Source of the DNA: an uncultured bacterium
GTDB taxonomy: Bacteria; Babelota; Babeliae; Babelales; Babelaceae
Assembly: GCA_963722385.1 (NCBI GenBank)
Contig: CAVRKK010000002.1
Span: 992,001 to 1,056,000 of the forward strand
Length of the DNA: 64,000 bases
Direction: 5' to 3'
Below the pieces are notes generated by a model that saw only the letters and a list, made by a program, of their open reading frames with translations, was not told where the DNA came from and searched no databases. Each line of letters opens with the position of its first letter. Position 1 is the first letter of the stretch. Shown here piece after piece: positions 9,058-17,602 of this stretch. The position numbers were made by a program, and so were the translations under genes.

Positions 9058-9972
9058 TCACCTGATAGATGCCGGGCGAGCATGCTCAAGGGTATGCTTT
9101 TTTAGACAGCATAGGAGTCCTGCGAAGATAAGGGCAGTTGACATCCAAAATGTTGATGAAATGGTCATTCCAAAAAAGAGCCAGTCAAAAAATGCCGTAA
9201 AGATTGGTACGGTAAAGCTTGAGAGCATGAGTGTCGTGACGGTATATCGCTGGGCAAGGAAGCTATAGAGATTATCAACGACACCGTTATAGACAATTAT
9301 CATGAGGAGGACATAGATACTTGCGGAAAAAGCGTGTGATGAGATGAGCGGTGCCCAGGGCTCGCTGATGCAAGAGTGAGCAAGGGCGCAAATGCCGCCG
9401 ATGAACATGCTAAATCCGTTTGCCAGCAATGGTTGATTATTGGTTTCTGATGAGGCGCGCCGCATAAGAATGTAACCATATACGCTTGCAATATTGGAGA
9501 GCATTATCCAAAGGTCGCCACTACTTAAATTACCAGCAAGGAGGCTCGTACTACTTGAAAGCGCAGACGAAGCGCCCATGATGGGCATGGTACCGAGTGT
9601 TGCCATGGTAATGCCTACCCATTCAAGCGTGCTGAGCTTATCTTTAAAGATGAGCCATTCGAGAAACGCCGATATTAGTGGTGCGCAGTTATCGATGAAT
9701 GCTGCACGTGTCGCCGTGACGCTGGCGAGTCCCCATAAGGCGAACGCATTATAGAGGTACATACAAAAGATACCTGCGAGGCCAAGGGGCGCGAGTGAGG
9801 CAATGGGCAGGGCGAAGCGGCGCATTTTTATGCATGAATAGCCCATTAAAATAAGGCCGGTTAGGGTCATGCATATGCCTATCAAAAAAAGAGGTTGTGA
9901 TGTTTCAGCAGCAATTTTACTTAGTGGATAGCCAAGCGCGTACAGGAGGTTAATGATAAGAAGTGGACTCAT
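9058..9972 (-). CDS. DMT/EamA family transporter
   Basis: About 10 hydrophobic segments in two EamA-like halves. Confidence 0.8.
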   Translation of the reverse strand: MSPLLIINLLYALGYPLSKIAAETSQPLFLIGICMTLTGLILMGYSCIKMRRFALPIASLAPLGLAGIFCMYLYNAFALWGLASVTATRAAFIDNCAPLISAFLEWLIFKDKLSTLEWVGITMATLGTMPIMGASSALSSSTSLLAGNLSSGDLWIMLSNIASVYGYILMRRASSETNNQPLLANGFSMFIGGICALAHSCISEPWAPLISSHAFSASIYVLLMIIVYNGVVDNLYSFLAQRYTVTTLMLSSFTVPIFTAFFDWLFFGMTISSTFWMSTALIFAGLLCCLKKHTLEHARPASIR

Positions 9973-10065
9973 AAATCCTTATGGTTAAGCTAAATAGGTA
10001 CCGTACCTCTTAACATACTCTTTCAAAAAAAATTATAAAACTTTTTTTGAGCGGAATCTCTCTTT

Positions 10066-11547
10066 TTATGGTAAAGCTGGGTTGGGCGCGTAAAGTTCGG
10101 GCAAAAGGATGCTGCCGGCGGCCGAAGGGCGCGGAACATCCAAAATGCTGGCAAGCGTTGGTGCAAGCTGCTGGATGAAGGTTGGTTGATGCACGCGCTT
10201 ATTTTCGAGCACTCCTTGCTGATACAAAATGAGCGGAACATGCGTATCATAGGCATAAGGCGTTTGGTAGACATGGTCCTGATGAGTTATGAGCATATAT
10301 GGCCGGACAAGATATATGAGGTCGCCACTTCTGCCAGGATACGCCTGGTTTTTTAAATAGGATCGTACATTGGTAGATTCGACGGGTAGCTTGATGAGCT
10401 CGTCCAGCGTCCATGCATCCTGGATGCCCGCTTGCGTCCGGAGGAATTTTTTAAGGTCCTCCCAAAGAGCCCTTTTTACGATAGTATCAACTGATGATAA
10501 TAGTGCTTGATCGAGATAGACTGACACTCCTGTGCACTTTTTGATAAGGCATGGGGCGATACCATAGCGCTGATAAACGAAACGATTAAGAGCATCCGTG
10601 AGTTCGCCCGTGGACATCTTCTGCGCTAAAGAGAAGCTCTCATTTTGTAACTTTTCTTGTTGGCAGGGCGCTGCTTGACCAGACGTAAGCACGAATAAGG
10701 CATCCTGGGCGTTAACTTTTCTATAAACAGCACGTATAAATTTTGTTAAAAGGGTATCAAGCTGCTGAAGGCGGCGAGCGCTTTGGGCACCATTAAAACC
10801 GAGCCAAAGGACGAGGTTTTTGCTTGGTTCACTGCTCAAGTGTTGGCTTAAGCACGTATAAGCAAGATCTATCAAAAGTACATCACTTTGGTGGCCATCG
10901 AGAATTTCAGGCTTTGACGTTTCGAGCACGGTTTCAATATGGGTTTGCTTGTTCCAACTGCTTAACCAGGGCGGTAGTTGGGTGCAAAACGCTCTGCTGG
11001 TGGTAAAAGCTTTTTCTTGAGGATCAAGCCAAAAAGGCTTGCCCTGTCGTCCAGCCAAAAGGATAGCAGGGGCGCTATCGCGGGCAAGGGCGTAGACGGT
11101 AAAGCGACTGCTTGAGCTCAGCGCTAGCTGATCGGCAAGCGTATCAACGGCAAGATAATGGGCCGATTTGCCAATGGGTTTAGGGTGCGATGAAAATACC
11201 GCGCCTTGGCATTGGTCATCATCGGCGTGAATAAGCTGGTAAGATTGATCAAGCCAACTATTATCGACGATGCCGTGATCATGGGGCAATGCCCCCGTTG
11301 AAATAGTTGCATACGATGGTGCTATGCTTGGTAGACCGAGCGGGACGGTCACGTTGGTGTATGAGATACCTTTATCATGCAAAAACTTAAGCCCCCCATT
11401 GAATGTAGAGCTGCTGTTTATGAAATCATGATAGCCAAGATGATCGATAACCGCGATGATGGTAACCCGCGGGGTACGAGCAATCGCTGACAATTGCTGA
11501 GTCATGAATAAATTAACCAAAGTGAGCAAAATAGGGAGCTTTCTCAT
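10066..11547 (-). CDS. Alkaline phosphatase superfamily (PafA-like) protein, catalytic residues apparently degenerate
   Basis: ATISTGALPHDHGIVDN, GRSGD and YDTHVPL motifs; signal peptide. Confidence 0.75.
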   Translation of the reverse strand: MRKLPILLTLVNLFMTQQLSAIARTPRVTIIAVIDHLGYHDFINSSSTFNGGLKFLHDKGISYTNVTVPLGLPSIAPSYATISTGALPHDHGIVDNSWLDQSYQLIHADDDQCQGAVFSSHPKPIGKSAHYLAVDTLADQLALSSSSRFTVYALARDSAPAILLAGRQGKPFWLDPQEKAFTTSRAFCTQLPPWLSSWNKQTHIETVLETSKPEILDGHQSDVLLIDLAYTCLSQHLSSEPSKNLVLWLGFNGAQSARRLQQLDTLLTKFIRAVYRKVNAQDALFVLTSGQAAPCQQEKLQNESFSLAQKMSTGELTDALNRFVYQRYGIAPCLIKKCTGVSVYLDQALLSSVDTIVKRALWEDLKKFLRTQAGIQDAWTLDELIKLPVESTNVRSYLKNQAYPGRSGDLIYLVRPYMLITHQDHVYQTPYAYDTHVPLILYQQGVLENKRVHQPTFIQQLAPTLASILDVPRPSAAGSILLPELYAPNPALP

Positions 11548-11628
11548 GGAATCCTTACAAAGAGCGACATGATTTAATTTATTCAAAGTATAAAGGATTA
11601 TCGGGGGTCTGTTAAGCAACATCCCATG

Positions 11629-11692
11629 TTAAGTATTCTTCGGGGCTATTCCGGCGAAGCCTGGCATTTTGTGCACCTTGAGTAAGGCGAAG
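11629..11692 (-). pseudogene. Orphan C-terminal tail remnant of an ankyrin/F-box paralog
   Basis: Reads LKVHKMPGFAGIAPKNT*, compared with LRVHIMQHAFSGIAPQNT* at the end of 13302-14828. Confidence 0.7.
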
Positions 11693-11701
11693 CGCTACCT
11701 C

Positions 11702-13117
11702 TTAGGTATATTTATACAAAGGGAGAAGAAGGCTTGCAATAATCCACCGCAGCTCAGGAGGCAGGCGAAGAATCGAGCTCGGTTGACTGGTTGTGGGCTG
11801 TGTTGTTGCTTCCTCTTCTTCTTCTTCACGCTCTTTCTCTTTCTCTTGTTTACTTTCTTGCTCCGCCGTCGTTGCGGTAAGAAGAATTCTTCCTACATCT
11901 CGTGCGTAAAGATACGTGGAAAGCATGTCTCTTAAGTGTATATAGATAGTTGTTGTATCTTCAGGGAGATTATAATGGGAGAGCATCTCCATGCGCTCGG
12001 CAACAGGGAGAATATCAAGATCCAAATATCGATTAAAATCAAGGTTAAGGATTGCGGCTACGAGATCTTTATGCTGTTGAGCAGCAGCTACCATAAGGGT
12101 GTTTTCTAAGGCTTGTGTAAAATCAGGGCCTCTCAAGAGGTCGCTACCAACTAAGAGGTTGAACGCCTCAAGCTGATTTCTCAGTCCAGTTGCTTCAAGG
12201 GCTTGTTGGAGCACTGGTTGCGCAAGTCGTCCGCTCAAATTGTTGAGGATAAAGCTGAGTATTTCAAGATTGCCGTGGGCGGCAGCAAAAATGACAGCCT
12301 CGTTAATGGTGGTTTGTTCCTTATGAGAGAGGTAAAATTTTCTTAGTTTCCACTTCGCGAGTATACTGAGCGCTTCCTCGTTTCTCCCCTCCATAAGGGC
12401 GATCAGGAGTGGGCCAAGCCTATCTTTTAACAGCATAACGTTTTGTTCAAAATCTACAAAAGGGTAATCGAAGAGTTCATTAAGTGCTTTATAACTATCG
12501 CTGTTTAGGTCAATGTGCAACAGCAACCAAAGTAACATCGCTGATTCCCTAGCAAGATTCTCCGGCGGAACCTCTTCGCCTGTTTTGCAATCTTTTTGCG
12601 TCCGGATAAAGTCATCATGAGCTAGGTCAAACAGGTCATTTTGAATTTTTACATCATTAAAATTACCGCCGTATCGCGTAAGTTCAACAAAAAAATCCAC
12701 CGGCATGAACATTATAGCATCGCCGAGCACCGCCGCGTTTACGGTAATTCCCCGTTTGAGCAGCAGTGTGGCTATAGCTTGTGCTTCTCGTGGATCTGCG
12801 TATGCGTTAGAAGCTCTTTTCATGGCTATTTGTAGAAGGTTGTTGTTCTTACGGGAAATAATGTTTATGTTAGCGCCGGCATCAAGAGCTTGCTTAACTT
12901 CTCTAACTTCATCCCTTTTTACTGCTTGAGTAAGTTGTTTGGTAGCTTTTTCTATTTCTTCGGAGCTGAATATTTTTTGTTTTTTTGATGGCGGTTGTTT
13001 CGAGCCTTCTGGAAGCTCGGATTCATTATCCCGTTCTCGTTTGTTTGGGCTCTCCATGCTATAGGTGATCGAAGAAAGAGCTATCAACACAAAAAATAAA
13101 GATTGATTTATTTTCAT
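11702..13117 (-). CDS. Exported ankyrin-repeat protein with NLS-like motif and C-terminal F-box-like motif
   Basis: Signal peptide then MES; PNKRER...PPSKKQK; ALDAGANIN; C-terminal ILRLPPELRWIIASLL. Confidence 0.75.
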   Translation of the reverse strand: MKINQSLFFVLIALSSITYSMESPNKRERDNESELPEGSKQPPSKKQKIFSSEEIEKATKQLTQAVKRDEVREVKQALDAGANINIISRKNNNLLQIAMKRASNAYADPREAQAIATLLLKRGITVNAAVLGDAIMFMPVDFFVELTRYGGNFNDVKIQNDLFDLAHDDFIRTQKDCKTGEEVPPENLARESAMLLWLLLHIDLNSDSYKALNELFDYPFVDFEQNVMLLKDRLGPLLIALMEGRNEEALSILAKWKLRKFYLSHKEQTTINEAVIFAAAHGNLEILSFILNNLSGRLAQPVLQQALEATGLRNQLEAFNLLVGSDLLRGPDFTQALENTLMVAAAQQHKDLVAAILNLDFNRYLDLDILPVAERMEMLSHYNLPEDTTTIYIHLRDMLSTYLYARDVGRILLTATTAEQESKQEKEKEREEEEEEATTQPTTSQPSSILRLPPELRWIIASLLLPLYKYT

Positions 13118-13235
13118 AATATTCCTTTAGCCAAGGACATAATTTATTTTAATAACACTATAATGGCATTAAAATGGCAAATTTGTCAATATTTTAAAAA
13201 TTAGACTAAAGGTTGGATGCTTTTTGTCTCTGGCA

Positions 13236-13253
13236 TGCTTTTCTAGAAAAGCA
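13236..13253. terminator. Perfect palindrome or terminator-like hairpin downstream of 13302-14828
   Basis: TGCTTTTCTAGAAAAGCA within a longer imperfect stem. Confidence 0.4.
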
Positions 13254-13301
13254 AAAAGAGGCAAGCGATAAACCGCGGGACCTTCCTCGGCGACTTCCCT
13301 T

Positions 13302-14828
13302 TTAGGTATTCTGCGGGGCTATCCCAGAGAAGGCGTGCTGCATTATATGCACCCTGAGCTCGGGTGGTAGATTGAAAGGGGAAGGTTGCGCTATGCTTTG
13401 TTGCTGAGCAGCAAGTTCAAAAAGATCTCTTCTCATTCTCGTCTGATCATAGCTAAGAAGAAAGTTATAAATTGTTTTATAACTCTTTACGGATTCCTCG
13501 GTGAGAGTCCCATTATACATAAGAATAGTTAAGTGAGAAATAAGCTCATCGAGATCTAAGTAACTTCTGCCAAACTCTCGATGAGCCGTAGCAGAGGCTT
13601 GCAGATCTCTTTCGACGATAGCTTGCACCGTAGCAGCGTGCCGTTGCCCGCAAGCGAACAATAAGGCGTGGTTGAGGATTCTTCTGCCTTCTGGTGTGTC
13701 AAGGTTAATGAATTGACAAAGTACTCGTACGGTATCTGTCTGGTTATTTAAAGCAGCTGTGTAAAGAGCTCGCTTCCAGGTGAATAAAGTAAAAACATCT
13801 TTAAAGTAGTGGATAAAGGTATGGATTAAATTTTTGTTGCCTTGACTACAAGCTATCAAAAACGCTCCTGTTATGTCATGCATATTATCTTCGGTGAGTT
13901 TGCCTGTCAATAAGGCGTTATGGAGCTTTTTCAATAGTGCGGTTGCTTTTTGTGTTTTATTTATCAAAACAGCCCACATCAGGGGGGATAACTTTGCTGC
14001 TAGGTAAGTTGCTGATCGACGCTGATGCGGCCGAGCGCCCAATGCTAGCAATTGGTAAATATAGGCTGGGAGAGGTCCTTCTTCACGCAATATTTGATTT
14101 AATGCTTCGTCGCGTGGTGTCTCATCATAATCTTCTTCGTTGTTAATACCAGTGACATGTATAAGGAGATTTAATGCTTCATCGAGTGGCGTGATGTCAT
14201 CATAATCTTCTTCGTTAATACCGGCACCATACATAAGGAGAGTCAAAACAGTAGGTAGGTATCCACATCGTGCTGCTCGGTGTAGTGCTCCTTTTCCTCT
14301 ATTATCGATCGCATTAACGGGCGACCCTAAATCAAGGAGAAGCTCAACGATATCACCGCTGACATCATACTTAGCCGCCTCAAGGAGAGGAAGTCGTTCA
14401 TAATCAGGAACAACATGAGCGCCTTCCTGTATAGCTCGTGAGGCGCCTTCTAGGTCTTGTTGCTGTATAGCTTGTATTAACTTGTCTTGTATTGTTTTCC
14501 AATCGTCAATGATTTTCTTAATCCAATCGGCAAATGGCTGATGTCCGTTCGCTGCCGCAATTTGATCAAGGCTTTGCCCCTGACTGTTTCTAGCTAAAAA
14601 GTTTGCTCCATCTTTAATAGCGCGCTCTCCGGCCTCAATATTTCCTTGTTCTGCTGCTTCGCGTAATGCGGTATCTTCTGTCGCCTCTTTCTCGCCGTAA
14701 TTTTTTTCAGGATCAGTTTCTCTTTGCGTATAATTTTGCTCTTTTTCTTTTTCAGGGCCATCCATCGAATTCAGAGGTATTACCAAGCCAAGCGCAAAAA
14801 AAAGAATAATTTTAGGAAATAGTTTCAT
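13302..14828 (-). CDS. Exported ankyrin-repeat protein with C-terminal F-box-like motif
   Basis: Signal peptide then MDG; GKGALHRAARCGY...LLMYGAGIN; C-terminal PFNLPPELRVHIM. Confidence 0.8.
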   Translation of the reverse strand: MKLFPKIILFFALGLVIPLNSMDGPEKEKEQNYTQRETDPEKNYGEKEATEDTALREAAEQGNIEAGERAIKDGANFLARNSQGQSLDQIAAANGHQPFADWIKKIIDDWKTIQDKLIQAIQQQDLEGASRAIQEGAHVVPDYERLPLLEAAKYDVSGDIVELLLDLGSPVNAIDNRGKGALHRAARCGYLPTVLTLLMYGAGINEEDYDDITPLDEALNLLIHVTGINNEEDYDETPRDEALNQILREEGPLPAYIYQLLALGARPHQRRSATYLAAKLSPLMWAVLINKTQKATALLKKLHNALLTGKLTEDNMHDITGAFLIACSQGNKNLIHTFIHYFKDVFTLFTWKRALYTAALNNQTDTVRVLCQFINLDTPEGRRILNHALLFACGQRHAATVQAIVERDLQASATAHREFGRSYLDLDELISHLTILMYNGTLTEESVKSYKTIYNFLLSYDQTRMRRDLFELAAQQQSIAQPSPFNLPPELRVHIMQHAFSGIAPQNT

Positions 14829-15004
14829 GCGAAGCTCCTATAATTTTTTTATTTTCCTTTATAGTATATATTTTTTGATAAAAATAATCAATAAAGCTAA
14901 ATCTTAAAGCTAGCTTACAAATGGGCAAATCGAGTTAAAAAATTCTACTTGGCGGAATATTAATGTTGTCGATGTCCTATCATATGCCAAAAGCCAGGAT
15001 ATAA

Positions 15005-17269
15005 TTATGAGTGTTTAGAAGTTGCTTTATGCAGGGGGTGTAAGACGAATGGCATGAGCAGGGCTAAAAGTTCGGGGGGTAAGCGTTGGGTGTGGAAGGT
15101 AGCTTGACCGATATCAAGACCACGTGCATGGGTGCGCAAAAGCGATCCTGCTTGTGCAGCCTGTATATCTTGTAGAAGGCCCTCAAGTTGCTTTCGTTCT
15201 TGGCTAGAAAGTCTCGGCAGTGCTAATCGTTGGGTAAGTGCCTGCTCGATGGTGGTGAGGTCGAGAGCAATGTTATGCTGAAAAGCGGTGTGCAAGATCC
15301 AACGGACGGTATCACGGTGTCGTTGAGCGAGCGCAGCGGATAGTGCAGAGCCGAATATATCTGGGTGTGATAATAAATTTGTTGCTGTGGGTGATAAGTC
15401 TGATGCAGTTTGAAAGATTGCTTGCAGAGCATCAGTATTGCCAACCAGAGCTGCCCGGGCAAAGCCTGAGGCGAGGTGGATTTGTCCGGGCAGATGCTCG
15501 AGGATCATATTCAATACGGTATTATTACGCTGTCCGATAGCAAGAAGGAATACCTGCTGAAGCAGATCTACGTCTTCGTGAGTAAGTTCATCATTGTTGG
15601 CTTTTTCTTGCAAGTGGGCAAATAGGGATAAGGCTTCTTTTTGTAATTGTTGATATCTTGGTTTTTGAGCATTTAGGTCGGCGGGATCTAAAGATGCAAT
15701 TGTATATGCACGTAATGGTGAATCTTTGATGTTAAGGGCGACCAACCTTTTTAGTGATGGAGTCCAACCATATTCAAACAGTACGTAATCAAGAGCTCGG
15801 GGAGGACTATGGAGCGCATGAGGAGCAGAGAAATTGAGGTTTGCACCAAGGAGCATAAATTGAGTAAGTTGTTCGGACGTAATTTCGGTCTGCGAGCTAT
15901 CGATGAAAGCAAAGAGTGGGGTGTTACCTCTATTAATCATGCGACTTCTTATCGACATATTGCTGGGGAGAGGAATGTTAATGTCAGCACCATGAGCAAC
16001 TAAGAGCCGTACGAGTTCTAAAGCGTGAGCGCTGGTAGCCGCCAAGATTATGGCCGGAGCTCCGGTTTCATCGAGAGCGTCCGCGTGAGCCCCATCTGCA
16101 AGAGCATTTCTGGTTGCTTCAATGTCATCGTGTTGAATAGCATGTATGAGTTTCGAATTAAGCTCTTGTTGGGCCATATTGCCAGCTATCTCAGAGTACA
16201 TGCTATAGAGATAATTAAGAAAGTACTCAAGTTTGCTCCGTTCTTCCTGAGAAAGGGTATTGATACTTAATCGTTGAAGAAGAGCATGTTCAAAAATGGT
16301 CGGGTCGATCGCTATTTTATTTTTTTTAGCGATACGGAAGATTTCAAATATGGCTTCATACCGTTTTTGAGCAAGCGCATGAACCAACGCTCTTGCGAAG
16401 ATGTTTGCCCATGGCAAGTCGCCGTTGGTTGCATAAATGTCTCGTAGAGCCAGGATGTCGCCGATGAGGGCAGCATGTAGAAAGCTCGAGGGAAGGTCAA
16501 GGTATTGAGCAAAGCGCACGAGGAGTACGCTTGCTAAGTTATTATCCCTCTGTGCAATAGCGAGGAGGAATGCTTGTTGAAGTAATTGCGTATCTTCGGC
16601 AGTAAGCGTGTTATTTTTTGCTTTCTCGGTTAATTCGTCAAGTTTGGGTAATTCATACGCCGGACTATACGTAGCTATGCCAAAAGCCAGCGATGATGGG
16701 TCATAGATTTGGGCTACTATCCGATCACGACTTGATGCAGGCCTATAACCGTGGAGAAATAACAAATTACCGATAGAAGGAGGGTAGTCATCGATGGAGG
16801 CCCCTTCTGGCAGATTTGCGTGAGCACCGAGGAGCATAAATTGTGTAAGCATATCAAAAGTAATTTCTTGTTGTTGCGCCAGGTTGTGAGCAATAAAAAC
16901 AAAAAGTGGGGTTGTACTTTGAGAAATAGGTGTACCTCGATACTTCAGTTTTGTAGGGCTCGGAGTATTAATATCAGCACCGTGCTCTATCAAGAGCCGT
17001 AAAAGATGTAAAGCGTCGGGCATGACAGCTGCTAGAATAACAGCAGGAATTTTTGCTGCTGTGCCGTAGGCATTGGCATGAGCTCCGCGCTCGAGAGCGC
17101 TTTGGGTCGCTTCTATGTTATTAGCTAAAATCGCATCAATGAGCGATTGATCCAATTCTTGTTGCTCAATCGAAACTTTTTCTTGGGGTTTGGTCGGATG
17201 TTCCATAGCACCGAGGTTGTGAGTAGATGCTAAAGCTCCAGCCAAAATAAAAAAAATGTATAATTTCAT
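15005..17269 (-). CDS. Exported ankyrin-repeat protein with an internally duplicated ~340-aa module and F-box-like tail
   Basis: Signal peptide then MEH; two copies of QQEL..LI.AI...IEAT..AL..GAHA; C-terminal QRLPPELLALLM. Confidence 0.8.
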   Translation of the reverse strand: MKLYIFFILAGALASTHNLGAMEHPTKPQEKVSIEQQELDQSLIDAILANNIEATQSALERGAHANAYGTAAKIPAVILAAVMPDALHLLRLLIEHGADINTPSPTKLKYRGTPISQSTTPLFVFIAHNLAQQQEITFDMLTQFMLLGAHANLPEGASIDDYPPSIGNLLFLHGYRPASSRDRIVAQIYDPSSLAFGIATYSPAYELPKLDELTEKAKNNTLTAEDTQLLQQAFLLAIAQRDNNLASVLLVRFAQYLDLPSSFLHAALIGDILALRDIYATNGDLPWANIFARALVHALAQKRYEAIFEIFRIAKKNKIAIDPTIFEHALLQRLSINTLSQEERSKLEYFLNYLYSMYSEIAGNMAQQELNSKLIHAIQHDDIEATRNALADGAHADALDETGAPAIILAATSAHALELVRLLVAHGADINIPLPSNMSIRSRMINRGNTPLFAFIDSSQTEITSEQLTQFMLLGANLNFSAPHALHSPPRALDYVLFEYGWTPSLKRLVALNIKDSPLRAYTIASLDPADLNAQKPRYQQLQKEALSLFAHLQEKANNDELTHEDVDLLQQVFLLAIGQRNNTVLNMILEHLPGQIHLASGFARAALVGNTDALQAIFQTASDLSPTATNLLSHPDIFGSALSAALAQRHRDTVRWILHTAFQHNIALDLTTIEQALTQRLALPRLSSQERKQLEGLLQDIQAAQAGSLLRTHARGLDIGQATFHTQRLPPELLALLMPFVLHPLHKATSKHS

Positions 17270-17374
17270 CAAATAACCTAATCTGAGTATGATTATTTCA
17301 AGTATTAATACTTTTTAGAATAAAGTCAAGGAATTTAAAGCTTGCTAAGGCCGGCACCATTTAGGGACCAATAA

Positions 17375-17455
17375 TTATTGGTGTTTAGACGTTGATTTAT
17401 GCAGAGGACAAAATAAAATTTTTTCGAATTAGCTGCATAATCGATGCGTTGGATA
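17375..17455 (-). pseudogene. Orphan C-terminal tail remnant resembling the end of 15005-17269
   Basis: Reads ...CPLHKSTSKHQ* compared with HPLHKATSKHS*. DNA 17371-17407 matches 15001-15037. Confidence 0.65.
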
Positions 17456-17602
17456 AGAAAAGGAGCCTTTTTACGTAAAATTCTCAAGACCCATGAATAA
17501 CTAAGCTAGATTTTTTCTTTGTGTGCTATAAGCTTTTTCTATGATTGGCAGTTTTGACACTTGTCTATAATAGAGAAAATTTGTTTTACAGGAGCGAGGA
17601 AA

